DNA of 62,463 nucleotides, counting the filler, from Stramenopiles sp. TOSAG23-3 (lineage: Eukaryota): the NCBI GenBank assembly GCA_900128585.1. It is 13 parts of 13 records of this genome, joined end to end, with 100 filler letters (N's around TTAATTAATTAA, not from the genome) between each part and the next. Parts side by side here need not be neighbours in the genome. Positions count along the whole stretch, not along the records: positions 19,300 to 24,017 come from LT643726.1; positions 24,118 to 28,831 come from LT643727.1; positions 28,932 to 33,644 come from LT643728.1; 10 more parts are not named here. One strand, written 5' to 3'. Below the pieces are notes generated by a model, which worked only from the letters and a program-made list of their open reading frames with translations, searched no databases and was not told the origin of the DNA. Below, in pieces: positions 22,501-31,294 of this stretch (positions within the stretch are counted from its first letter, which is position 1; every line of letters begins with the position of its first letter). The position numbers and the translations under genes were made by a program.

Positions 22501-23832
22501 ATGGGCGTGTCCGCGGAGGACCTTGCAACTGTCACGGCAGAGCAGGCTTTTGAAGATGCCGATTTGAATCACGACGGTCGTTTGTCGTTCGCCGAATTCC
22601 AAAAATGGTACGGCCAAGCCCCGGGAGCTTCGGGGCAAGATGATGGCTCCGAAGATGATCTGTCTGATGAGTTTATGAACCTTCCTGATATTCGAGCGCG
22701 CAGTGGTTTAGACGTTCAAAATGCCCAGGATGTGTTTGCAGTCTTTTCCGCAAAATCATCTGCCCAGGGCCTTGATTTACCAACATTTAAGAACTGTATG
22801 GCCACTTACGCTGACACCAGTGATGATTATTTCCACATCTTGTGCGAAAGAATATTTACGCTCTTTGACGCTGATCACAACGGTTTCGTAGACTTTGCGG
22901 AGCTGGCGAGCGGCCTCACTGTCCTCTGCGGTGGTACGGACCAAGACAAAGTTCGCGCAGCGTTCAAGCTTTATGATGTCAATGGGGACGGGTACATTTC
23001 AATGGACGAAATGACACAGTATCTACACTCGGTATTTAGAGTGATGTACTCCACCCACGAAGGCATGGAAGAATCCATTGGTGCCTCGTCTGCGCAATTA
23101 GCAGCTGCCACCGCACAAGAAGCATTTGCAAATGCTGATTTAAACCATGACGGTCGACTCTCTTTCGAGGAGTTCAAGAGGTGGTACGACTCCTCGAATT
23201 CTTCAGGGGAGAAGAATGTGGGAGATGCTGTTGAATCAAAGGAAGTGAGTGACGCACTTGTGGAGACTCCTCTTAGTTTAGATCGTGTCAAAAACTTAAC
23301 AAAGCTCGCCGCCTTCGATGCAAACGAAGTTTACGAAATATTTAGTGAAATGTCCCCTTCCGGTGGTCTTACCGAAGCAATGTTCACACGATGTTTCAAT
23401 CGCATTATTACACTTGGTGGTGGTCATGAAAATGAGGCAGATGCCAGAGATGCCAAGAAAGTAGTAGCTAGTCTTTTTAAAGTTTTCGATTCGAATGGCA
23501 ATGGGTCTGTTGACTCTCGCGAATTAGCTAGTGGCATAAGCGTACTCTGCGCAGGGCAGCGAGACGAAAAAATCAGAGCTGCTTTCAGTTTGTTTGACTT
23601 GAATGATGATGGCTTTATTTCACTCGGTGAAATGACCACTTACCTCACCTCTGTGTTCAAAGTCCTGTATGAATCGAACAACGGGACCAAAAAGGCGATT
23701 GGTGTTAGTGCTGACGAATTGGGGAAAATAACTGCAGAAGAGGCGTTCGTGGAATGCGATTTGAACCACGATGGTAGGTTATCGTTCGACGAATTTAAGA
23801 AATGGTACACAAACAGTGGGACGATGTTGTAA
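19534..23832 (+). CDS. Large multi-EF-hand protein with 7 tandem recoverin/NCS/calcineurin-B-like modules
   Basis: Repeated LFD.FD.D.NG.VDF.EL..GL.VL.GG / K..AAF.L.D.NGDGYIS / ADLNHDGRLSF.EF..WY blocks; 1432 aa. Confidence 0.93.
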   Translation: MENPEGQYYKVVLQHRGQQKTVLVYGNMPRNELYDNVCAAFNLDHLDLAGIRSETGVSFPLSLVAKAPSYFTNGVFTVVGTSTEESAPSAPAAAPAIPVPPQAANTVEVPVEEDAAEDDVEMEEPFTLADTSIRAIFAAVEGKVSDDGRVSRKAFTEVFENLVGAESIRRQTSAAEYLGTLFDAFDTTEEGSVDAGELLSGMIMLAADDHETKIQSAFNLFDTNGDGFIAYEEMLRYLRALFIVIARQRPEVFEINNVGPVELADATAEQCFLEADLNHDGRLSYDEFREWYMRETQGKMTNIVGQSPSSAEAGALVLDFTLQELQEKSGLGLFQPDDVVQLFAKNASTEGGIDIGGFAQSINTTMTMRGEDVSVDEYSAIVRALFDMFDQDHNGVVDFAELTAGLSVLCAGSRAEKIKAAFDLYDRNGDGYISLEELTRYLVSVFRMLYATSEETRSRMAVSPEDLARVTAEQCFLEADLNADSKLNLEEFTKWFNRSPDSVASAEEDGGEDDEGDDEDQDEELEWLDLKEARRLSCLKKDHPEDVFEDFAVVADNDGMIDHHSFLTAWFQIVNRNGGFESESEYERAETLFNRLFKAFDSNGDGFVDFSELSAGLTVLSGGSHEDKVKAAFDLFDYNDDGYISLPEMITYLTSVFKVLYQAQPGTADSAGVSAEELAQATAVQAFEDADLNHDGRLSFSEFQIWYLKNNAPAAGAASNETVSQKNEMTLSEAKRLTCLDQFDVHDVFAEFAIAADEEGLLSRASFTDCFKNIIHSTRELNNQEEAASFSVIDRLFDLFDSDGNGVVDFSELASGLSVLCGGSRDQMGVSAEDLATVTAEQAFEDADLNHDGRLSFAEFQKWYGQAPAGQDVQDVVESIPDWVSLKEVRRLTSLEQFDVEDVFEEFAVKANDDGVLDRESFDSCFATLLEQVGGHEDDDEDPQRFDVVLGRLFDIFDSDGNGVVDFSELASGLSVLCGGSRQPGTADQMGVSAEDLATVTAEQAFEDADLNHDGRLSFAEFQKWYGQAPGASGQDDGSEDDLSDEFMNLPDIRARSGLDVQNAQDVFAVFSAKSSAQGLDLPTFKNCMATYADTSDDYFHILCERIFTLFDADHNGFVDFAELASGLTVLCGGTDQDKVRAAFKLYDVNGDGYISMDEMTQYLHSVFRVMYSTHEGMEESIGASSAQLAAATAQEAFANADLNHDGRLSFEEFKRWYDSSNSSGEKNVGDAVESKEVSDALVETPLSLDRVKNLTKLAAFDANEVYEIFSEMSPSGGLTEAMFTRCFNRIITLGGGHENEADARDAKKVVASLFKVFDSNGNGSVDSRELASGISVLCAGQRDEKIRAAFSLFDLNDDGFISLGEMTTYLTSVFKVLYESNNGTKKAIGVSADELGKITAEEAFVECDLNHDGRLSFDEFKKWYTNSGTML
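21929..22622 (+). repeat. Near-identical intragenic duplication of about 200 bp (about 21929-22136 and 22400-22622)
   Basis: tctttgattctgatggcaatggcgtcgttgatttcagcgagcttgcgagcgg...tggtacggccaagcccc occurs twice, in EF modules 4 and 5. Confidence 0.9.
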
Positions 23833-23918
23833 GTTTAACTTGTTGGGTATTTTGTTCGAGCGTAAATTTCAAAATTGTCATGACGCGCGCGCATTTAAAA
23901 AACAAAAACAATTAACGA

Positions 23919-24012
23919 AAAATTGGCTGTTATTAAAGAAAACCAAAATATATAGTATGTTTTAAGACTCTCATTTTAAATCCAATACTTCAAATCCAAC
24001 CCTAATCCTATC
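23919..24012 (-). repeat. Dispersed AT-rich element with telomere-like motif, copy C
   Basis: Reverse complement reads TAGGATTAGGGTTGGA..AAAATGAGAGTCTTAAAACATACTATATA..AATAACAGCCAATTTT, matching copies near 31115 and 54501. Confidence 0.7.
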
Positions 24013-24613
24013 TCGATNNNNNNNNNNNNNNNNNNNNNNNNNNNNNNNNNNNNNNNNNNNNTTAATTAATTAANNNNNNNNNNNNNNNNNNNNNNNNNNN
24101 NNNNNNNNNNNNNNNNNATATTTCAATCTCGTCCCGTATTGTATTAGTACATATGTTGATAGGGGATAATGAAAATCAAAATTTAAGGAACTGATAAATA
24201 GTTGCTTCTTGAATATATTAAATATAGTACCGTTTCTATTTCTATACTGTCCTCATTGTAATCGTCTATTTTTATCCTGTCCTCATTGTAATCGATCTAT
24301 TTATTATATATTTATAATCCAATTGGATTCCAGCCTCTTCTTCGTAGCAGCAGTGTATAATGAAAATCAGTCTAATTTAATTGATGTTGCCAATTGTGAC
24401 GAAGTACAATATGCATCATTACATTAGTCCTACTACTGCGAAGAATAATGAATAGGGATACAGCAGCACAGGAATGATCACCAATAACGTTGACCCGCAA
24501 CCAAGAACAACAACACAACAACAAAACAAGTAAAAGCGCGACGAGAATCCCTTCTTCTGCTGACTTTTGACTTGCGCACTTCTCAAGTTCTGACAAAAAA
24601 AGAAAAAACAAAT

Positions 24614-27600
24614 TTACGGGCCCATATGATCAATAACCATCGAAGAGACGATCAATAGTGCCACAATGACACCTACCGCCATCAATGCCCGATTGGCAGT
24701 AGCAGGCGGGCACTTGGCACATTGCATTCCCCCGCCGTCCAGCCTACGGTACCCGACAGCACATGTGGCACACAAGCGGCACCGCTCGTCCTCGCGACGG
24801 GTGCAGACGGAGGCGTAACCAATTGCAGTGTTGCAGGACTCGTTGCGTGGCATGATTGCGACGTCCTCCCCTTCTGCACCCGCATACTTTCCTTTGAACG
24901 CAAAGTTCCGGGCCCCGAGGCAGGCGGGAGGGTAGCTGCATTGTGTAAAGTTGCTCGCTGCGTCCTCGAGCCAAATATTGTTCCGCCACCAGCCAAACAA
25001 AGGCTTCACGTCCTCCCATGTCGTCTCCACACCTTCGCACCAGGCTCCAGTTGGGCAGCTATCGCATCGCCAGTCGGCAAATGGCCCGGAAGTATTCAAG
25101 TACTGCTGCGTCATGTCGCACTGCTTTGCAATTTGCCAGGCGTTCGACACGGCCGACCAGGGGCTCGGGGTGGGCCCAACCACCCGCACGCGCACGTATA
25201 AAACGTCCAACGTGAGCGGTCGGGTGACGTTCAAGCTTACCGAGAAGGACGACGTAATAGTAGAGTTTGTACCTGGGTCAAAGGCGTCGTTGATTTGGCT
25301 CCACTGGACTTCGAATGCCTGTGTGGCCAACAGAGTGTCTGAATGCGTCCATTCTACCCTGGTCGCGAACAATGAATTGGCCACGCGGACCAGCGCGGGC
25401 TTCCCCGGCGGGGGTGGAACAATCGGGTCTTCCAACACGTTCAACGGAAAGTCGATCGTCTTGGAATATGACGCGTCGGTGCTTCGACATACGATCCGAG
25501 CGACCATCCCCTGGTATCCCGAGTAGTCCCCTTTCTCGATCCGAATAGAAAACGAAAGGTTCTGTGATCGAACGGCCCTCCAGTCGGTAAGCGATTCATA
25601 CATACGACTACTTGGGCTTACCGATACCAGCCCGGCGGGAACTCCTTGCAGCACTAGGGTCATGTTGACCGGGGCTCGTGGGCGGGTGCGGAAGCGAACG
25701 ACATTGATGGTCACCCCTTCCCCTTCCTGCACACTCAGCGTGCCCGCCAACGGGGCAAATGCAATGCCGGCAACATCTTCCAGATGGTCGGTGACTTGGA
25801 CAATTGCCGTAGCGTTCGTCGCTGTACTTTGGAACACGGCGTCCTTTGTCTTTATGAAATAATGAATGCGCACGCTCTCAATCTCAATATCATTATCGAT
25901 GTAGTCTCGGGCAGAGGAAATGGTGACCGATTGAGGCTTGGACCAGTCGTCGTTGAATTTCTGCGCATTGTGAAACATGCTATCCATACGGGTGACTTTC
26001 GATGTATTCCATGCCGACAGGTCGCCGTTGAATTTCTGCGCATTGTAAAACATCCACTTCATATCGGTGACTTTCGAGGTATCCCACGCCGACAGATCAC
26101 CGTTGAATTTAAGCGTACTGCTAAACATGTATCCCATAAGGGTGACTTTCGAGGTATTCCATGCCGACAGGTTGCCGTTGAATTTAAGCGCATTCTGAAA
26201 CATGCTCCACATAGAAAAGAGTTTCGAGGTATCCCATGCCGACAGGTCGCCGTTAAAGTTCTTCGCATAGTTAAACATGCCAGCCATATTGGTGACTTTC
26301 GAAGTATCCCATGCTGACAGATCGCCATTGAATTCCGGCGCTTTGTAAAACATGCTATACATATAAGTGACTTTCGAGGTATCCCATGCCGACAGATCAC
26401 CGTTGAATTTAAGCGTACTGCTAAACATGTATCCCATATTGGTGACTTTCGAGGTATTCCATGCCGACAGGTTGCCGTTGAATTTAAGCGCACCAAAAAA
26501 CATGTCATGCATATCAGTGACTTTCGAGGTATCCCATGCCGACAAGTCACCGTTGAATTCTAGCGCATTGTAAAACATGTGATTCATATCGGTGACTTTC
26601 GAGGTATCCCATGCCGACAGGTTGCCGTTGAATTCCTGAGTACCGTAAAACATGTGATTCATACGGTTGACGTTCGAGGTATCCCACGCCGACAGGTTGC
26701 CGTTGAATTCCTGCGCATCGTAAAACATCCAATCCATACGGGTAACTTTCGATGTATCCCATGCCGACAGTTTGCCGTTGAATTTATGCGCATTGGAAAA
26801 CATGCTGTGCATACGGGTGACTTTCGAGGTGTTCCATGCCGACAGGTCGCCGTTGAATTTCTGCGCTTCGTTAAACATGCCATGCATATAAGTGACTTTC
26901 GAGGTATCCCATGCCGACAGGTCGCCGTTGAATTCCTTCGCACTGATAAACATGTTACTCATATGGGTGACTTTCGAGGTATTCCATGCCGACAGGTCGC
27001 CGTTGAATTTCTGCGCATAGTGAAACATAAGTGACATAGAAGTGACTTTCGAGGTATCCCATGCCGACAGGTCGCCGTTGAATTTAAACGCATTGTAAAA
27101 CATTATCTGCATATCGTTGACTTTCGAGGTATCCCATGCCGACAGGTCGCCGTTGAAATTCTGCGCATCGTAAAACATCTGATTCATATGGGTGACTTTC
27201 GAGGTATCCCATGCCGACACGTTCCCGTTGAACTTTTCCGCGCCTTGAAACAACTCTTTCATGTCTGTAACTTGAGAAGTGTCCCATTCTGACAGAGGGA
27301 CCCCACAGAAGGCGCACGTCGCACCAGTATCGTCCGACTGCAAACAGGCATCAATGGCAGTTTTCAGGGCCGCCCTATCGTAGAAAGTGCAGTCGCATGC
27401 GCTCTGCGGCGGTGGCAAGGGGCTCGTACTATCAACAACTAGCTTTTTAGCCGGAGAAGGGCAAGCTATGGAAGTGTCGTAGTCGCAGAGCACCCCCAGC
27501 AAAGGATCAGTTCTTGCCGAGCATGATCCCAAAAAGGGTGAAACAGAGCAAGGGGAGGAGGTGCAGGTGGTTGGGGTTGGGAAATAGTCTGCGCCGTGTG

Positions 27601-28636
27601 GTCCCGAATGCCAGCTACCGGAATACAAAAACCCATAAAAAGGCCACGATCTCTCTATTCCAGAAAAATTAGTGTTGACCAGTGTAATGGAGGGAGTACC
27701 TTCTGTGCTAGATTTCAACGTCATTATCTCGTGCCCATGTTTCGCCGCTCCACTAGTATATTCCGTTGCTTCGTTTCGTACAAAGGTGCACTCTCTAATG
27801 TTTGCATACACTTTGAAGGTTAGATGAAGCCCACCACCACCCCTATAACCAGTTGTCCCCCCACTCGTTTGTTTATTTTCAGTCAGAGTACTTCTTGTCA
27901 AATTGATGTAAATTGATGACCGTCCAACCATATATATGGCACCTCCTTCGAATCTTGCTGTGTTCCTTCCGAAGAATGAATTTGTACTCGAAACAACCGA
28001 GCCTCTTTCAATGAGCATTGCGCCACCAAGTTGTCCTGCTGTGTTGTTCGTAAGTATATTGAAGTTACCAACGAAATTTGCATGGTATAAATATACCGCC
28101 CCCCCTCCTCTATCAGTGCCATCCTCCCAACCTGCGTGGTTCGAATGAAACAGTACAGTATCGAATGATAAAGTCGGGTCGTGATTCTTAGCATAAATAG
28201 CACCGCCGTCACAGGCACGGTTGTTGAAAAAGACACAATGTGATACGTACACATAAGCAGTGGTATCAAAAACAAGAATTGAACCGCCATTGCCGCTGCT
28301 CTGAGTGACATCTCCACCTGTCATGTTCAACCACTTCAATCTCAGCGTGTGCGCCCCACCGTCTATCTTAAAATGCCGACTCCCACTCGCTGCCGTGAGT
28401 GTAGAGTACACCGTCTCTTTCCCCGTCACCGTCAAGTCCCCGGAAACGGCAACTTCATCGGTCATCGTACAGTCCGTGCTTCGATTAAAGGTTCCGTTTG
28501 TCGCGGCGCAATCCCACTCATCTCCCAAGACAGGGTAGACTGCTAAAAAAGACAGCGCAATGTAACCAACCAATACAAAACGAAACCACCGGATGCGTGA
28601 GAAGAAGGCCTTCCGCCACGGCCATCCCCACCACAT
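24614..28636 (-). CDS. Surface protein: signal peptide, POMP-like beta-helix repeats, DUF285/BspA-like repeats, FN3-like and Cys-rich regions, TM helix
   Basis: GGAIY / F..N motifs; 18 x 25-aa LSAWDTSKVTxMxxMFxxAxxFNGD; PPGKP..W..W..YVRVR..SPWS; C..CP.GA.C; C-terminal hydrophobic helix. Confidence 0.88.
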   Translation of the reverse strand: MWWGWPWRKAFFSRIRWFRFVLVGYIALSFLAVYPVLGDEWDCAATNGTFNRSTDCTMTDEVAVSGDLTVTGKETVYSTLTAASGSRHFKIDGGAHTLRLKWLNMTGGDVTQSSGNGGSILVFDTTAYVYVSHCVFFNNRACDGGAIYAKNHDPTLSFDTVLFHSNHAGWEDGTDRGGGAVYLYHANFVGNFNILTNNTAGQLGGAMLIERGSVVSSTNSFFGRNTARFEGGAIYMVGRSSIYINLTRSTLTENKQTSGGTTGYRGGGGLHLTFKVYANIRECTFVRNEATEYTSGAAKHGHEIMTLKSSTEGTPSITLVNTNFSGIERSWPFYGFLYSGSWHSGPHGADYFPTPTTCTSSPCSVSPFLGSCSARTDPLLGVLCDYDTSIACPSPAKKLVVDSTSPLPPPQSACDCTFYDRAALKTAIDACLQSDDTGATCAFCGVPLSEWDTSQVTDMKELFQGAEKFNGNVSAWDTSKVTHMNQMFYDAQNFNGDLSAWDTSKVNDMQIMFYNAFKFNGDLSAWDTSKVTSMSLMFHYAQKFNGDLSAWNTSKVTHMSNMFISAKEFNGDLSAWDTSKVTYMHGMFNEAQKFNGDLSAWNTSKVTRMHSMFSNAHKFNGKLSAWDTSKVTRMDWMFYDAQEFNGNLSAWDTSNVNRMNHMFYGTQEFNGNLSAWDTSKVTDMNHMFYNALEFNGDLSAWDTSKVTDMHDMFFGALKFNGNLSAWNTSKVTNMGYMFSSTLKFNGDLSAWDTSKVTYMYSMFYKAPEFNGDLSAWDTSKVTNMAGMFNYAKNFNGDLSAWDTSKLFSMWSMFQNALKFNGNLSAWNTSKVTLMGYMFSSTLKFNGDLSAWDTSKVTDMKWMFYNAQKFNGDLSAWNTSKVTRMDSMFHNAQKFNDDWSKPQSVTISSARDYIDNDIEIESVRIHYFIKTKDAVFQSTATNATAIVQVTDHLEDVAGIAFAPLAGTLSVQEGEGVTINVVRFRTRPRAPVNMTLVLQGVPAGLVSVSPSSRMYESLTDWRAVRSQNLSFSIRIEKGDYSGYQGMVARIVCRSTDASYSKTIDFPLNVLEDPIVPPPPGKPALVRVANSLFATRVEWTHSDTLLATQAFEVQWSQINDAFDPGTNSTITSSFSVSLNVTRPLTLDVLYVRVRVVGPTPSPWSAVSNAWQIAKQCDMTQQYLNTSGPFADWRCDSCPTGAWCEGVETTWEDVKPLFGWWRNNIWLEDAASNFTQCSYPPACLGARNFAFKGKYAGAEGEDVAIMPRNESCNTAIGYASVCTRREDERCRLCATCAVGYRRLDGGGMQCAKCPPATANRALMAVGVIVALLIVSSMVIDHMGP
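25946..27295 (-). repeat. Coding tandem array, 18 x 75 bp (DUF285/PARCEL-type)
   Basis: Plus-strand scaffold gtgactttcgaggtatcccatgccgacaggtcgccgttgaatt recurs at exactly 75-bp period, separated by about 30 variable bases. Confidence 0.95.
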
Positions 28637-28931
28637 ACTATGCTCAATCTGGCAAACAAAAATAACTAAAACTATTTTCTTCTCTCAAAACTTTACAGAA
28701 ATATAAAAAAGTCTCCCATGGAAAATATCTCATTCCCAAGGAAAATTCGGTTTATTTCTAATTCAATTTTAAGAAAGTCCATTCAAATGAATCGTTTCAT
28801 TTATTCAATAAAATATAATTAAATCATTCTTNNNNNNNNNNNNNNNNNNNNNNNNNNNNNNNNNNNNNNNNNNNNTTAATTAATTAANNNNNNNNNNNNN
28901 NNNNNNNNNNNNNNNNNNNNNNNNNNNNNNN

Positions 28932-29230
28932 AGAAAGAAGAAGAAGAAGAAGAAGAGAGAAAGAAGAAGAAGAAGAAGAAGAGAGAAAGAAGAAGAAGAA
29001 GAAGAAGAGAGAAAGAAGAAGAAGAAGAAGAAAAAGAAGAAGAAGAGAAAGAAGAAGAAGAAGAAGAAAAAGAAGAAGAAGAAGAAGAGAGAAAGAAGAA
29101 GAAGAAGAAGAAGAGAGAAAGAAGAAGAAGAAGAAGAAGAAGAAGAAGAAGAAGAAGAAGAAGAAAGAAGAAGAAGAAGCGAGAAGAAAAGAAGAAAGAA
29201 GAAAGAAGAAAAGGAAGAAAAAAAGAAGAG
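28932..29230. repeat. (GAA)n purine-rich microsatellite at contig start
   Basis: About 300 bp of gaagaa with gagaaa interruptions. Confidence 0.95.
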
Positions 29231-29468
29231 AATTGAAGTCGTTCGTTCTTCTGTAATATATTCGTATATTCGAATATATATAGTTTGTAAAGAAAAGGAA
29301 TTCAATGAGAGAATTTGACATTGGGATTCTCAGCCTGATGTGTGATGTGCTCTCAGTGTATGTTGTGCTTTCACATCCTGGTATCTCCCTTCTCTCTCTT
29401 TGTCTCGGTGACTTTACAAGCTCTACTACTGGCAAACAGGTTATTTATTTTCAACAAACAGACGAACC

Positions 29469-30617
29469 ATGGACGCCGGGAACGTTGCAACTGTGGTAGC
29501 TTTGAAAGTTGCCGACACGGTCCAAAACAAATATTTTGTGGCTGGGTGCATTTTGGGGGGGTCGATAGTATACCGTTTGGTTAGTCAGAAACAATATGTT
29601 CGGTGTCTGTCCGATGCTCAGCCAAAATCGAAGGGAACCAACATGATGGAGGGAGCCCTGGACATTAGAAGAAAGTATCAAATTGTTAAAGGAGGGCCAA
29701 CTGACCACTCCGGGGAAGTGACCTTCATTGTGGACGAAAATTTTGACATTGACCGAACCATTTTTGGTTCAATTTCTTCGTCCGTTCTGCGCTACTTTCA
29801 AAGTGCAAAATTAGGGGTAAAGCTGTACTGGAGCGATAAACTGGTCGGAAGGGCCGTCAGCGCGTTCGAGAAAGTTCCCCAGGCACCGAAGTATGACAAG
29901 CCGCTCGTAGAATTCATTTCGAACCAGTGCGACTTTGCGATGGAACACGCAGACGGTTCCTTTATGGACCACTTGAAATTTTGCTACGAGTATAGCTACG
30001 CGCATTACCCGGAGAAAAGCGCACGGGTTCTTCTGCTCCATTCGATCATGGGGGTAGGAACGAACTTCTTCCCAATGGGAAAGGAAAAGATCCCCGAGCT
30101 TCAAAGTTTGCTTACGGAGTTTGAGTTCCTTCACATCGCAATGTTCCCAACCGTTCTGAGATTATTCTACCAGGGACCCCTGCGGTACGAGCTGGAAGAC
30201 TTGGTGGCGAACAACCCGAAGAAGTTAGATCGCTTAAAGACAATCGTTATGTACCGCGTGATCGATAACGAAAGAATGGAAGTTGACGCGGAAGAGTTTT
30301 GGACCCAGCTGAATTTTCAACTCATCCATCTGTTAGATTTCCTACCAGCGGCCAACTGGGAGCATCACCTCGGCGATAACTTTTTGGACAACTTCAAAGC
30401 GATGTACAGCATCTTGGACAGCACCAACAGGCTGCGCGCCAAAGTGAACTTTGATGCATCGGAGACCACACCGTCTGGCGGAGGAGAGCCCGCGACTCTT
30501 GCAGGGATTCTGCGAGGATTCCTGCCGTCAAGCCTTCAGCTTGCACTGGCGCAGCGCCAAATTTCAAAATTCTCTAAACAGATAGGCCACTCGTTGGAGT
30601 ATGAGCTTGTGTTCTAA
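29469..30617 (+). CDS. Hypothetical protein with a His-rich putative metal-binding motif
   Basis: 382-aa ORF of globular composition; EHADGSFMDHL ... LLLHSIMGVGTNFF. Confidence 0.75.
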   Translation: MDAGNVATVVALKVADTVQNKYFVAGCILGGSIVYRLVSQKQYVRCLSDAQPKSKGTNMMEGALDIRRKYQIVKGGPTDHSGEVTFIVDENFDIDRTIFGSISSSVLRYFQSAKLGVKLYWSDKLVGRAVSAFEKVPQAPKYDKPLVEFISNQCDFAMEHADGSFMDHLKFCYEYSYAHYPEKSARVLLLHSIMGVGTNFFPMGKEKIPELQSLLTEFEFLHIAMFPTVLRLFYQGPLRYELEDLVANNPKKLDRLKTIVMYRVIDNERMEVDAEEFWTQLNFQLIHLLDFLPAANWEHHLGDNFLDNFKAMYSILDSTNRLRAKVNFDASETTPSGGGEPATLAGILRGFLPSSLQLALAQRQISKFSKQIGHSLEYELVF

Positions 30618-31114
30618 ATTGTAAATATATAATTAGAAGAAAAAAAGGCTTCTCCTTTGATTTTGTTGTTGTTGCAATCATTCATTCGTTCATCCCCCCC
30701 CCCCTCAATTTATCTAAATTACCTATATGAAACAAGTAAAACGTTACGTGTAACATATATTCTATTGAAAAAAAAAATGAACAGAGGTTCAACGTTCAAC
30801 CAAACAAAACATTTCAAAAGCAATCCGTCCATTATTAAAGTTTTTGCTTCCTTCATGTACTGCGAATTTATCTCCTGCTCCTGTGATTTTCTTTTCGTTT
30901 AACATAATATCAGATTTACTATATTTGTCATTTGGCCTTGAGTATTATTTTATTAACAATATAATCAAAAATACTCTAATGTGCGTTGTGTAAAGCTAAA
31001 TTTCAATTAAGATATTGTCTTTAGTGTTTGGATAGCCTTTAGTGATTGACAACTAACGAAATTAAAAAAATCATATGATATTATATAATCAGTTTTTTTT
31101 TTAAAAAATCCATT

Positions 31115-31245
31115 TTAGGTTTAGAGTTGGAACTGAAATCGTCATTGATATAAAATGAGAGTCTTAAAGCATACTCTATAAAAAACCAAAATATATAGTA
31201 TGTTTTAAAGCATTAAGCATACTCTATATAATTTGTTTTTTCAAT
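31115..31245 (+). repeat. Dispersed AT-rich palindromic element with telomere-like motif, copy A
   Basis: TTAGGTTTAGAGTTGGAACTGAAATCGT..AAAATGAGAGTCTTAAAGCATACTCTATA followed by the inverted TATATAGTATGTTTTAA. Confidence 0.7.
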
Positions 31246-31294
31246 AAGATATAGCTTTTAAAAAAGAAAACAGACTGGAAGCACACGGTTTATC

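Noticed and set aside
25946-27295. CRISPR array (constant repeat plus variable spacer appearance)
   Set aside because: The period is exactly 25 codons inside an open ORF, the spacers keep M..MF..A residues, there are no cas genes, and the context is eukaryotic.
25946-27295. Diversity-generating retroelement target
   Set aside because: No reverse transcriptase or template repeat on the contig, and the variation does not look confined to adenines.
28880-29435. Poly-F/S/L and poly-R/K/E ORFs, also at 18559-18792 and 52698-52928
   Set aside because: They are translations of microsatellites.
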